From the sequence record OR295560.1: a DNA stretch of 49,272 nucleotides, one strand, 5' to 3'. The first letter of the stretch is position 1. Every line of letters begins with the position of its first letter. Positions 35,618-46,110 of the stretch are shown in pieces. The notes below the pieces were generated by a model. The model saw only the letters and a program-made list of their open reading frames with translations. It searched no databases and was not told the DNA's origin. Position numbers and translations under genes: made by a program. Origin of the DNA: Clostridioides phage phiCD508.

Positions 35618-38600
35618 GTGAGGGAAATAGCTAAAAAGGAAATGTATCATATTGATGTTGTCATAAGTGCAAAAGGCGACGGAGAAACAAAAAGCAAACT
35701 AAGTGCTATGGAAAAATACATGAAGCAGACAGAAAAAAGGATGCAAACACTTAATAGGATAAAGGTTAATCCTGCTATAAAAGCTACTGATAAAGCTTCA
35801 AGTGTTGTAAATAGAGTTAATAACAATATGAATAAAGCAAAAAAAACTGTTACAGCTAGAATAAAAGCTACAGATAACGCGAGTCCAGTAGCCAATAGAG
35901 CTAGCAATAATGTTAATAAAGCTAAAAAGACAGTAACAGCAAGGTTGAAAGCTACAGATAATGCGAGTTCTACTGTTAACAAAGTTAATAATAAGATAAA
36001 AGAAGTTGCTAAGCCTGTACCTCCTGTAATCATACGAGGACAAGATGAATCTAGTTCTATAATAGATAAAGTAAAAGCTAAGATTCAGAATCTAAAAGCT
36101 GATACTATCATAAAAATAAAATCACAAGCTGATGAAGCTATAAATACTATTTCTCGAACTAAAAATAAATTACAAGAATTTGTGAGTAAGAGATATGAAG
36201 CAGCAGTTAAGATTAGAGATGAAGCTAGTTCAGCACTTAGAGGGCTTACAGGAAAAATAGATTCTTTTGTAAGTGGAGCTATTAGTAAATTCGCTAGACT
36301 GGCTACTACCGCAGGAGCTTTAATAGGTGGAATTGGTGTAGGTTCTGCTGTAAAAGGATTTGCTACTTTTGAACAAAGTATGAAGAATACACAAGCCGTA
36401 AGTGGAGCAACAGGAAAAGAAATGGAAGCTTTAACTGCAAAAGCTAGACAGCTTGGGAGAGAAACTAGTTTTACAGCTAAAGATGCAGGAGACGCAATGT
36501 ATTACATGGGTATGGCAGGATGGAAGTCCGAGCAAATGATAAAAGCAATTCCTGACGTTCTTAACTTGGCAGCAGCAGGAGGAACAGACTTAGCGTTAAC
36601 GAGTGACATTGTGACTGATGGACTAACTGCATTAGGAATGACTGCAAATGACACAACTGAATTTGTTGATGTGATGGCAGCAACAATAACTAATTCAAAT
36701 ACAAGTGTTGAGTTAATGGGTGAAACATTTAAATACGTAGGCTCTATGGGCGGAGCATTAGGAGTATCTATGAAAGATTTATCTCTTGCGACAGGTCTAA
36801 TGGCTAGTGCAAGTGTCAAGGGAAGTATGGCAGGTACTTCGTTAAGAGGAGGTCTAGTTAGATTAATAAAGCCACCAGAAGAAGCCGCATCTGCAATTAA
36901 AAAATATGGAATAGAATTAAAGAAAAATAAAAATGGAAGTTTAGACTTGGCAGGAACAATAGGAAGTCTTAGAGAGAAATTAGGAGGATTAAAAGATGTT
37001 GAAAAAGGTGTTGCAATATCCTCTATATTTGGTCGTACTGCAATGGCAGGTTGGGCGGCTGTAGTAAATGCTAGTGAAAGTGACTTTAATAAGTTAACTA
37101 CAGCTATTGCAGAAAGTGAAGGAGAAGCTAAGAGAATTGCTGATATGAAGTTAGATACCTTATCAGGACAATTTGAAATTTTAAAAAGTGCTATTGATGA
37201 TGTAAGGATAAGTGTAGGTCAAAGACTAGGACCTATGACAAGAGGATTTGTAGAAGATTTAATTAAGAAAATGCCACAAATCGGTGATGCTATAGTTGGA
37301 GTAGTAGAAAAGTTTGTTAATAATTTCGATAAAATAAAAGCAGGATTTCAAGTATTATTGCCTGCAATTGGTTCCGTTATAGCCTCTGTTATGGTACTTA
37401 AAGCCACATTTGCTTTTGGAGGAGCCATTAAAAGTTTAAGTTTACTTGCAAGTACTTTTGGTACGGCTAAATTAGTTGCCTTCGGATTAACAGTTGGAAT
37501 AGGGGCTATTGTTATAGCTTTTGCAGGAATGACTGTTGCTATTTCTAATAATAAAACTGCTATGATGGACTTACAAACACGTTTTGGTTCGTTTGGTGAG
37601 TATGTTACTACAATAATGGAGACTGTTGGTGGAGTCATAAAGCTTACGTTAGGTAACTTGCTTATAATGTTAGGTGGAATTGGAAAAGGAATAGGAATAC
37701 TTTTATCTGATAAGAGCTGGGATGAAAAAGCTTCATCACTTAAAAATCTATTTGGCAAAACAACAGCAGAAATTAAAACAAATACAAAAGAAGCTTTATC
37801 AGATATAAATGGAGAAACTTCTAATGCAACAGCTCTATTAAAAAAGTCTACTTCAAAAGAGTTACAAGGTGTTACTAAAGCTTTCTCAACAGCATTTGAC
37901 CAATCTAAAAATGTAACAGAGAAGAAATCTAGCGATATAGCTAGAGCATTAACAAATGGATTAAAGGGTTTAGATGACCAATCTCTTACTATGATGAGAG
38001 GTTTGAATGACAATATGGCGATAATTTTATCTGGTGTGACAGCAGATATGAAACCTAGTGACAAAGTTAATAAAATCACCAAAAATCTTGATGATGCTTT
38101 CAAAGCAGGTAAATTAAGTGCACAAGAATACAGAAGTAGCATACAAGAGACTTTAAATTTTATAAGCAAGTATAGTGCAGATTCTTCAAATAATTTGAAA
38201 CAAGGTATGAGTGATGCTTTCAATGCCTTCAAGGAAGGGACAAATATAGGCGGATTAAAAGACGGAGTAACAGGAATGTTGAACTCTTTAAAAGCAACTG
38301 GTCCACAAGCTTTAGAAACCTTAAAAGGTTTAGGAGGAAAAGCAAGTGAGATTTTCAAAGGAGTGGATTTTAATTCTTCTATAGATGCACAGAAAACTAA
38401 AGTATTACAGAATTTAAATAGTTTAGGATTAGAAGGAACACAGGCTATAGATACTTTAAGAACTATTTTCTCACAAGCATCATCTGCTTTGGATACTACA
38501 AATTTAAAGCAAGGTTTAAGCAATACATTTAACTCTTTTAAAGAAGGATTTAATAGTGGAGGAATAAAAAACGCTATAAATAGTATGCTTGGAACTATTA

Positions 38601-39892
38601 ACCAAGCAGGTCCACAAATGCAACAAGCATTAGGCAAAATGGATGGAAAGATGGGGCAAGTATTTGCTAATGTAGACTTTAGTACTCCAATAGAAACACA
38701 AGCTAGTAAAGTTCTTGAAAATTTGAATAATCTAGGAATAGAAGGACCAAAAGCTTTAGAAACTGTAAGAAGTATATTTGCTCAAGCTTCAAGTCAAATA
38801 CAAGGTTCAGCTTCTCAAACGGCACAACAAGCGAATCAAGAAGTGGCTAATGCTCTAACTCAAGGTAATCCAGCTGTACAACAAGCAGGACAACAATTAG
38901 GTACAGATTTGACTAATGGTGTAGTAAATGGAGTACAGGCAGGAGTGCCAGTTGTACAGCAAAAAAGTAATGAACTTGCTACAGCAACACAAAACGGAGT
39001 AACAAATGCTGTAAATAGTGCAACTCCTCAAATAGATAATTCAAATCTTACAAGTGGTATAGATACAGCATTCAATCAAGCTACTGCAACAGTTCAGCAA
39101 GGGGCGAGTAGTATGTATAATGGTGCTAAACAAAGTTTTACACAACTAGCACAAATAGGTAGAGAAGCAGGTTCAAGTCTTTATAATGGTGCTACAACTT
39201 CTTTTAATATGTTAGCAACAAATGTTAGAGTTGCATGTAGTAGCATGTACAATGGAGCTAGAACATCTTTTACGAGTTTAAGCAGTTCAGCTATAAGTGC
39301 CATTTCTGCTATGTGTAGTTCTGTAGTAAGCCAAGTTAGTGCCATGTCGAGTCAAATTATCAGCTATTGGAATAGTGTAAGAGCAACAGTTTCAGCACCA
39401 ATTACAGCATCTTTTAATGTTAAGACTACTCAAACAACAGTTAAAAGAACCGTAAATGAAAGTAGTGGTGGAATACTGGGTAATATACTAGACCGTTTTG
39501 CTGATGGTGGAGTAGCAACAAGAACTTCTATCTGCGGAGAGAATGGAGCTGAAATGGTTATCCCTCTTACAAACACTAGAAGAAGTAGAGCAATAGAATT
39601 ATATGAACAAACAGGTAAAATGTTAGGATTAGGTTCAACTCCTTCTCAAAAAGTAGGTAATTCTAATATTGTAAATAATGTTAGACAATTTCCTCTTGCA
39701 AATGTTTTAGATACAGATAATAAAGAATATAAAGAAGCTACACCAAACAGTGTTAATTCTTCTAATAATACTATAAATTTAGGCGGAATATCTATAAATG
39801 TTCAAAATAGTGATAACAAAGAAGAAATGATACAAGAACTATTATCTCAAGTAGAAAGTGGAATAAGAGAAGCATTACAAGATATTGGATAA
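35618..39892 (+). CDS. Tail tape measure protein
   Basis: 1424 aa. N-terminal tandem about 25-aa repeats (ATDNAS..VNRxNNxxNKAKKTVTARxK), a hydrophobic central region, Gly/Ala-rich. Confidence 0.9.
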   Translation: MREIAKKEMYHIDVVISAKGDGETKSKLSAMEKYMKQTEKRMQTLNRIKVNPAIKATDKASSVVNRVNNNMNKAKKTVTARIKATDNASPVANRASNNVNKAKKTVTARLKATDNASSTVNKVNNKIKEVAKPVPPVIIRGQDESSSIIDKVKAKIQNLKADTIIKIKSQADEAINTISRTKNKLQEFVSKRYEAAVKIRDEASSALRGLTGKIDSFVSGAISKFARLATTAGALIGGIGVGSAVKGFATFEQSMKNTQAVSGATGKEMEALTAKARQLGRETSFTAKDAGDAMYYMGMAGWKSEQMIKAIPDVLNLAAAGGTDLALTSDIVTDGLTALGMTANDTTEFVDVMAATITNSNTSVELMGETFKYVGSMGGALGVSMKDLSLATGLMASASVKGSMAGTSLRGGLVRLIKPPEEAASAIKKYGIELKKNKNGSLDLAGTIGSLREKLGGLKDVEKGVAISSIFGRTAMAGWAAVVNASESDFNKLTTAIAESEGEAKRIADMKLDTLSGQFEILKSAIDDVRISVGQRLGPMTRGFVEDLIKKMPQIGDAIVGVVEKFVNNFDKIKAGFQVLLPAIGSVIASVMVLKATFAFGGAIKSLSLLASTFGTAKLVAFGLTVGIGAIVIAFAGMTVAISNNKTAMMDLQTRFGSFGEYVTTIMETVGGVIKLTLGNLLIMLGGIGKGIGILLSDKSWDEKASSLKNLFGKTTAEIKTNTKEALSDINGETSNATALLKKSTSKELQGVTKAFSTAFDQSKNVTEKKSSDIARALTNGLKGLDDQSLTMMRGLNDNMAIILSGVTADMKPSDKVNKITKNLDDAFKAGKLSAQEYRSSIQETLNFISKYSADSSNNLKQGMSDAFNAFKEGTNIGGLKDGVTGMLNSLKATGPQALETLKGLGGKASEIFKGVDFNSSIDAQKTKVLQNLNSLGLEGTQAIDTLRTIFSQASSALDTTNLKQGLSNTFNSFKEGFNSGGIKNAINSMLGTINQAGPQMQQALGKMDGKMGQVFANVDFSTPIETQASKVLENLNNLGIEGPKALETVRSIFAQASSQIQGSASQTAQQANQEVANALTQGNPAVQQAGQQLGTDLTNGVVNGVQAGVPVVQQKSNELATATQNGVTNAVNSATPQIDNSNLTSGIDTAFNQATATVQQGASSMYNGAKQSFTQLAQIGREAGSSLYNGATTSFNMLATNVRVACSSMYNGARTSFTSLSSSAISAISAMCSSVVSQVSAMSSQIISYWNSVRATVSAPITASFNVKTTQTTVKRTVNESSGGILGNILDRFADGGVATRTSICGENGAEMVIPLTNTRRSRAIELYEQTGKMLGLGSTPSQKVGNSNIVNNVRQFPLANVLDTDNKEYKEATPNSVNSSNNTINLGGISINVQNSDNKEEMIQELLSQVESGIREALQDIG

Positions 39893-39973
39893 TGTCGAAT
39901 TGTTGCTAAAAAAATCTTCCTCATAAATGATATAATATTGTTAAAATATGCAAATTTATGAGGGGGAAATTTT

Positions 39974-40717
39974 ATGTGGCAGAAATTTAAAAGTATGAAT
40001 GGAATTTTAAAAATTATTATTGGAATTATAGCTATAATTCTTTTACCAATAACATTGGTTTTGTTATCTATTGAGTTTTTAGTTAAAGCTATTGGAAGTA
40101 AGAAAAAAGCTAAAATTGCATTAGGTTGCATATTAGTTTTTTTGACAACACTTTGTACTAGAAATGTTTATAATGTACTAAGTATAGAGAAAGAAGAGCA
40201 TATTCCTGTGAAGCAAGTTTCTTATAATGATAAAGATAAGGGAAAATCCGAGAATAATATTCAAGAACAACAACAAAAGAAAGAAGAATCAAAAAAATTG
40301 GAAGAACAAAAAAAGAATGAAGAAAAAGAGCAAAACAATGAACCAACAAAGTTTTTTACTGATGTATATTTAAAAAATAAAAATTGTGTTAATATGACAT
40401 CTTATGAAGGTATAAAGTCAAACCTAGATATATTCGGTTATAAATATGAAGTTATAGAGCCGAATGAAACTACATTAAGACAGATTAATGTATATGATAA
40501 CCAAAGTAATGATACCATTCAATTTCAATTTTATGAAAATGATACTGGAGAAGAAGTTGTAACAGTTATGCAATACAATAAAAAAGATGAACCCGACAAA
40601 TCTGTTGCAATAAGTGATGGTTTCCATACACAACCACCAAAATTTCAGAATCATATTAATAATACAAATAAGGAAGTTAATAGCATAGAAGAACAAATAA
40701 ATTTTATGTTTAATTAA
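39974..40717 (+). CDS. Membrane-anchored protein with an extracytoplasmic domain (moron; superinfection-exclusion candidate)
   Basis: 247 aa, two N-terminal TM segments, a KE-rich linker. Own extended -10 tgatataat (39928-39936) and own terminator (40735-40765). Confidence 0.5.
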   Translation: MWQKFKSMNGILKIIIGIIAIILLPITLVLLSIEFLVKAIGSKKKAKIALGCILVFLTTLCTRNVYNVLSIEKEEHIPVKQVSYNDKDKGKSENNIQEQQQKKEESKKLEEQKKNEEKEQNNEPTKFFTDVYLKNKNCVNMTSYEGIKSNLDIFGYKYEVIEPNETTLRQINVYDNQSNDTIQFQFYENDTGEEVVTVMQYNKKDEPDKSVAISDGFHTQPPKFQNHINNTNKEVNSIEEQINFMFN

Positions 40718-40734
40718 TATTTGTATAATACTTT

Positions 40735-40765
40735 AAAGCTCTTACAGTTTGTAGGAGCTTTTTAT
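40735..40765 (+). terminator. Rho-independent terminator after the moron gene
   Basis: 12-bp stem aaagctcttaca/tgtaggagcttt, loop gtt, then ttatt. Confidence 0.5.
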
Positions 40766-40785
40766 TGTAAAAAAGAGGTGATAAC

Positions 40786-41457
40786 TTGGTAATAGATATT
40801 TATCTAAAAAATGAAAAAGAAAAAATAGATTTTCATTTTCCAGTAAATCCACAAGATTCTTTATCTATAAAAAAAGAAAAAAGGTTTGAAACTGTAGATA
40901 TAGTAAACTTAGGTGAATTTGATATAAAAAAAGAAGGGGAGAAGATAAGAGAAATATCATTTAAAACATTTCTGCCTAACTTATATGACGCTTCTTATTG
41001 CAGATACAGCGAGTTAAAAAATCCAATCGAAGTAGTGGCAATGCTTGAAAAATGGGTAGACCAAGCCGAACCTTTAAGACTTATTATAACTGGTTTTGGC
41101 TACAATGGATTAGTCACAATATCTAGTTTTAGCAATACTCAAACAGCAGGAAGAGAAGAAGATAGAGACATTGAGATAACATTTAGAACTTACAGAGAAC
41201 TGAAGATAGAGACATTAAAAAAAGATACAAAAAGTAATACTAAAACAGATTTAAAAGATAATAGACCTAATACCCAAACTAAATCTAAAATATATACTGT
41301 TAAAGCAAGTGATACATTATATAAGATAGCTAAAAATCTTTTAGGTAAGGGTTCAAGGTGGCCAGAGATTTATAATATACCCGAAAACAAAAAAGTCATT
41401 GGTAAAAATCCTAATATAATTAAAAAAGGACAAAAGTTGGTGATACCTTCTAAATGA
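40786..41457 (+). CDS. Tail protein with a C-terminal LysM domain (XkdP-like), TTG start
   Basis: YTVKASDTLYKIAKNLLGKGSRWPEIYNIPENKKVIGKNPNIIKKGQKLVIP is a LysM domain. Confidence 0.7.
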   Translation: MVIDIYLKNEKEKIDFHFPVNPQDSLSIKKEKRFETVDIVNLGEFDIKKEGEKIREISFKTFLPNLYDASYCRYSELKNPIEVVAMLEKWVDQAEPLRLIITGFGYNGLVTISSFSNTQTAGREEDRDIEITFRTYRELKIETLKKDTKSNTKTDLKDNRPNTQTKSKIYTVKASDTLYKIAKNLLGKGSRWPEIYNIPENKKVIGKNPNIIKKGQKLVIPSK

Positions 41458-42416
41458 AAATAATATTAAATGGAAAATATGATATTGCAAATTTTAACGA
41501 GGGAATAACATTAAGTGAAGCTATAGACGGAGTTGCATATAAGATGGATGTATCATTAGTAGAACCTAAACAACTTAAAGATATAAATATTAAAAAAGGT
41601 GATAAAATAATTCTAATTGATATAGCATATGAGAGTAAAAAAGAAGAGACAATATTTGATGGAGTTGTATGGGAAACTAGAAGGAGTGAAAAGAGTAAGA
41701 AACTAACATTGTCTTGCAGAGAAAGAACAGTTTACATGGAAGAATCAGAGGAACAATATCAGTTTAAAGAAAATACAGCAACACAGAGAATTGAATATTA
41801 CTGTAAGCAATGGAATATACCCTATTACAACTTAGCTAATACAGGGAAGAAACTTGCTAAAGTAATACATAAGACAAATATACTAGATATGATAAAAAAG
41901 GACTTAAAAGAAACAGCAACAAAAGGTGGAGACTTATTTAGAGTAAGGATGGATAATAAATTAAAATTATTCAAGCTTGGTACTAATGCAAATGTATATA
42001 AATTAGATAGTATATTAGAAGATGCTAACTTTACAAGTAGTTTTAATGATGCAGTAACAAGTGTAAAAGTTTTAGGTAAGAGTAAAGACGAAAATACAAA
42101 AGCGCCTATAATTGGGACATATAAAAAAGATGCTGATAAGTTTGGAACACTACAAAAGATTAAACAAGATGAAAAGATAAAAAATGCTAAAGAAGCTAAG
42201 AAAGCAGCAGAAGCAATGTTCAATAGTGGAGAGGAAACAATAAGTGTAGATTGTGCAGTAGATATAAATAGAATAAGAGCAGGTGACAAAGTAAGTTTAA
42301 AAAGTAAAGAATATTATGTTATAGATGTCACTCATACACTAGATTCTAGACCGAAAATGAAGCTGAATATAGGGTCTTTAGAATATATAAGGAGGAAATT
42401 TTATAATAATGACTGA
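41454..42416 (+). CDS. XkdQ-like tail/baseplate protein
   Basis: 320 aa, position. Confidence 0.45.
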   Translation: MKIILNGKYDIANFNEGITLSEAIDGVAYKMDVSLVEPKQLKDINIKKGDKIILIDIAYESKKEETIFDGVVWETRRSEKSKKLTLSCRERTVYMEESEEQYQFKENTATQRIEYYCKQWNIPYYNLANTGKKLAKVIHKTNILDMIKKDLKETATKGGDLFRVRMDNKLKLFKLGTNANVYKLDSILEDANFTSSFNDAVTSVKVLGKSKDENTKAPIIGTYKKDADKFGTLQKIKQDEKIKNAKEAKKAAEAMFNSGEETISVDCAVDINRIRAGDKVSLKSKEYYVIDVTHTLDSRPKMKLNIGSLEYIRRKFYNND

Positions 42417-42774
42417 TGCTAGATTTAATGGAATTGCTAGAATATTGAAAGAAAATATGAATAAAAGTGTAGCAAATGGCACTTTTGGAATGGGTTGTGA
42501 ACTTGCAGAAATAACAGCAAATGGATTAAAAGTAAATGGCTATAAAGATGAAATACAGGACTATCTAGTATTAGAGAATTTAACATTAAAAGAAGATTAT
42601 TTTACTTTTTCAGATGAAGCTTTAAGTGGAGAATATAGACATAAGCATAAAATAGAAACTCCAAAGGAATTGAAGCCACTACGTATAGGCGATAATGTGC
42701 TAGTAGCTGTTATGGGAGCTGAATTTGTAGTAATTGGGAGGGTTGTAAATGCCAAACCTATTTCCTCAAAGTGA
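42409..42774 (+). CDS. XkdR-like small baseplate protein (DUF2577-like)
   Basis: 121 aa, position. Confidence 0.4.
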   Translation: MTDARFNGIARILKENMNKSVANGTFGMGCELAEITANGLKVNGYKDEIQDYLVLENLTLKEDYFTFSDEALSGEYRHKHKIETPKELKPLRIGDNVLVAVMGAEFVVIGRVVNAKPISSK

Positions 42775-43207
42775 AACTTTTGAAACTGTAGAATTAAAAA
42801 ATAATGATGAAAATGAATTGGACCTAAAGGGTTCTTTTTTATTTGATTTTGAAAAAGGTGAATTTGTTAAAAACGCAGATGGAACACTAAAAAAATGTGA
42901 TAAGGTGCAGGCGTACAAACAATGGTGTCAAAAGGCTATATTAACACCTAGATACAAAAAAGCAGCTTATACAAACATTTATGGAAGTGAAATAAAAGAC
43001 TTAATAGCTAGTAACTTATCTCAAAGTGCAAAAGAGCTTGAAATAACTAGATTAATAAAAGAAACTATTTTGGTTCATCCTTACACAAAAGAAGTAGGAG
43101 AGTTTAGCTTTAATTGGTTGGAGAATAGCAGGTTAGTAGAGTATGAATTTGATGTACTAACAATAGATGATGAAAATATAGTAATTGATGGCAATATAAA
43201 AAGGTAG
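42749..43207 (+). CDS. XkdS-like baseplate protein (DUF2634-like)
   Basis: 152 aa, position. Confidence 0.4.
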   Translation: MPNLFPQSETFETVELKNNDENELDLKGSFLFDFEKGEFVKNADGTLKKCDKVQAYKQWCQKAILTPRYKKAAYTNIYGSEIKDLIASNLSQSAKELEITRLIKETILVHPYTKEVGEFSFNWLENSRLVEYEFDVLTIDDENIVIDGNIKR

Positions 43208-43215
43208 GTGATTAT

Positions 43216-44352
43216 ATGGAAAGAGAGCTACCTATACCAGTATTTTTAACAGAAGATGAGGACTCTGTACATGAAAGGATGTTAAGCAACTTTCAAGATG
43301 TTTCTACATTAGAAGGTGACTTCATCTATGATGCAACAAGACCTACAGCAGAGCAGATAGCTGAATTAAAACAACTAGGATTACAAAATAATTTAAAGAT
43401 AGCATTTCCTCAGACTTCTTATGGAACTTATTTAGAGTGGCTTGGTGAATGTAAAGGAGTATTTAAAAATCAACCAACTAAGGCTACTGGAGTTATTACA
43501 TTTACAGGTGTACAAGGAACTATCATTACAAAAGGAACTATAGTAACTACTATTGCAACTGATGAAAAACAGAGCATAGAATTTGAGCTTCTTGAAACCA
43601 AAACTATAGGAGAAAATGAAACAGTAGATATTAAAGCAGAAAGTAGGATTGTAGGAACTATAGGGAATGTGTCTAAAGGTAGTATATCCGTTTTACTAGG
43701 TTCTATTAGTGGTGTTAAATCAATTACTAATAAAGAAGATTTCAGAGGTGGAACAGATATAGAAGATGAAGAACATTTTAGAGAAAGAGTTCTTGTAGCA
43801 GAGCAAGAAGATAAACTTAGTGGAGCTAGTTCAGATTATATTCGTTGGGCTAAAGAAGTTGATGGAGTTGGATATGCTTATGTAGTTTCAGAATGGGCTG
43901 GAGCAGGGACAGTAAAAGTATTAATACTAGATAAAAACAGAAAAGCAGCAACACAAGAATTAATAGATAAGGTCCAAGAATATATATATCCATTGAATAT
44001 ATCAGAAGGAGAAAATAGAGATGGGAAAGCTCCTATCGGTGCATTAGTTACAGTTGTGACACCTGACACATTACTTATTAATGTAAAAGCTAGTTTTATA
44101 TTTAGTAATGGCTTTAGTGAAGAAACTGTATTAAACAATCTAAAAACTAAGATAGATAAATATTTAGATAAGATTGATTTAGGGGGGACAGTCTCATACA
44201 ATGCTATACAGGCGATAGTAGGCTCTATGATGCTGACAGATGAAGGTATAGAAGACTTTTCTAATCTTACTATAAATGATGTAAAAGAAAATATAAAATT
44301 GCAAGACCAAGTGGTCGGAATAGGGGAAATAGTTAACGAGGTGGTTGGATGA
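43216..44352 (+). CDS. Baseplate J-like protein (XkdT-like)
   Basis: 378 aa, size and position. Confidence 0.65.
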   Translation: MERELPIPVFLTEDEDSVHERMLSNFQDVSTLEGDFIYDATRPTAEQIAELKQLGLQNNLKIAFPQTSYGTYLEWLGECKGVFKNQPTKATGVITFTGVQGTIITKGTIVTTIATDEKQSIEFELLETKTIGENETVDIKAESRIVGTIGNVSKGSISVLLGSISGVKSITNKEDFRGGTDIEDEEHFRERVLVAEQEDKLSGASSDYIRWAKEVDGVGYAYVVSEWAGAGTVKVLILDKNRKAATQELIDKVQEYIYPLNISEGENRDGKAPIGALVTVVTPDTLLINVKASFIFSNGFSEETVLNNLKTKIDKYLDKIDLGGTVSYNAIQAIVGSMMLTDEGIEDFSNLTINDVKENIKLQDQVVGIGEIVNEVVG

Positions 44353-44978
44353 TAGCTTCTAAAAAAGGTAAAGAAATGCTTCTTACATTATCTCCTATTT
44401 ATGAACAATCTATCATAATGCAAAGCTTATATGAAGCTATAGGAAGCGAATTTGATAATCTAGAGTTATTGGATGAAGAAATAGAATTACAATTATTCCC
44501 TCAGAGTGCAACATGGGGTTTGGGCTTTTGGGAAAATAGAGTAGGGTTGATTACTAACTTAGATGAAGATATGGAAACTAGAAGAAGAAAAGTAATTGCT
44601 AAACTTCAAAGTAAATATATCATGACGCCTAAAAGAATGTCTATGATACTCCAATCTTATACAGGTGCAAACATAAAAATAAATGAAAATATATCTCCAT
44701 ATACTTTTGGTGTTGAATTAACCAGTACCCAAGGTTTTCCTAAAGATTTAGAAGATTTATATAAGAGAGTAAATGTTATAAAACCTTCTCATTTAGCTGT
44801 AAGTTATAAGTTAGTTTCTTTATTGAAAAGTAAAACCTATTTTGCACAAACAGCAATTATGAGCGAAGAAATAACTATATATCCGTACACAAGCAAAGAA
44901 GTAAAAGCAAGTGTTAAAGCCAAGTTTGCACTAGCTCATAACATGAGTTCAGAAACATTAACAGTGTATCCAAGATAG
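44349..44978 (+). CDS. XkdU-like tail protein (DUF2313-like)
   Basis: 209 aa, position. Confidence 0.45.
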   Translation: MIASKKGKEMLLTLSPIYEQSIIMQSLYEAIGSEFDNLELLDEEIELQLFPQSATWGLGFWENRVGLITNLDEDMETRRRKVIAKLQSKYIMTPKRMSMILQSYTGANIKINENISPYTFGVELTSTQGFPKDLEDLYKRVNVIKPSHLAVSYKLVSLLKSKTYFAQTAIMSEEITIYPYTSKEVKASVKAKFALAHNMSSETLTVYPR

Positions 44979-44990
44979 GAGGTGGTATAA

Positions 44991-46097
44991 ATGGCTGATG
45001 AACAATTTTACACGATACTAACAAATATAGGTAAAGCTAAGATTGCTAATGCAGGAATGTTAGGTAAGCCAGTAGTTTTAGAGAAGATTCAAGCAGGAGA
45101 TGGTGGAGGAAATTATTATAATCCAACAGAAGAACAAACAGCATTAAAAAATAAAGTTTGGGAAGGGAATATAAATGCTTTTGATAATGATGAAAATAAT
45201 CCTAACTGGATTATTGCAACAGCATGTATCCCTGGTTCGATAGGCGGATTTACAGTTAGAGAAATGGGTCTTATAGATAATGAAGGAGATATGATTGCAA
45301 TTTGCAAAAGCCCCGAAACTTACAAGCCAAAAATTGATAATGGAGCTATGAAAGATTTGTATTTGAAATTTATCATAGAAGTATCTAATGTAGAGAAAGT
45401 GACATTAGTTGTTGACCCTACAGCTATTTTTCTAACTAAAAAAGATGAAGAAAAAATATTAACAAATATTAATAAACTAGACACTAAAATAGATACAACC
45501 AAAATAGAATTAACAAGCAACATAGAAACTGCTAAAACAGAGTTAAATACTAGAATTGACACAGAAAATGAGAAACAAAATATTAAAATTGACCAATTAA
45601 TCGCAGGTGGTTCAAATGTGGCATCTACCCAAACGATAACAATTGATGATTGGGTGGAGGATGCAGAAAGTGGATTCAAAGCAACTGTAACACATGGTTT
45701 GTTAACACAGAGAATAGTTGTAAATATTATAGATGCTACTACAAAAGAAAATGTAGTTACAAACTTTAAAATTATAGATGATAATTCTATAGAAATTAGA
45801 AGTGAGGTAAAAGTTGAATTAAATGTCTATGTGATAAATGGAAATGCAGAAACTCATTTTATTAATGCAACTGTGGATGATAACAGAGTGTCTGAAATGA
45901 CTACTTATTCGTCTAAGAAAATAGAGGATTCTATTAGCCGTATACAGCTTATAGATACCAGTATAAGTATTACAGATGCTAATAATAGATTTACAAGTAA
46001 TAAGTTAGATGGGGTATTAGAAGAAATAATGGTAGAAATAAGTGGCCAAAGGACTAAAGGAATTACTATAGTAAATAATTTAATAGATATGATATAA
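44991..46097 (+). CDS. Tail fibre protein (tail-collar fibre N-terminal domain)
   Basis: N-terminal MADEQFYTILTNIGKAKIANAGMLGKPVVLEKIQAGDGGG typical of phage tail-fibre N-termini. Confidence 0.55.
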   Translation: MADEQFYTILTNIGKAKIANAGMLGKPVVLEKIQAGDGGGNYYNPTEEQTALKNKVWEGNINAFDNDENNPNWIIATACIPGSIGGFTVREMGLIDNEGDMIAICKSPETYKPKIDNGAMKDLYLKFIIEVSNVEKVTLVVDPTAIFLTKKDEEKILTNINKLDTKIDTTKIELTSNIETAKTELNTRIDTENEKQNIKIDQLIAGGSNVASTQTITIDDWVEDAESGFKATVTHGLLTQRIVVNIIDATTKENVVTNFKIIDDNSIEIRSEVKVELNVYVINGNAETHFINATVDDNRVSEMTTYSSKKIEDSISRIQLIDTSISITDANNRFTSNKLDGVLEEIMVEISGQRTKGITIVNNLIDMI

Positions 46098-46110
46098 GCG
46101 AGGTGAAAAT

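Noticed and set aside
36502-38637. Minus-strand ORFs (105 aa and 429 aa) antisense to the tape-measure gene
   Set aside because: They lie entirely inside the uninterrupted 1424-aa tape-measure frame. Their low-complexity, Pro/Phe-rich composition is typical of the antisense strand of Ala/Gly-rich codons. They have no RBS and no plausible function.
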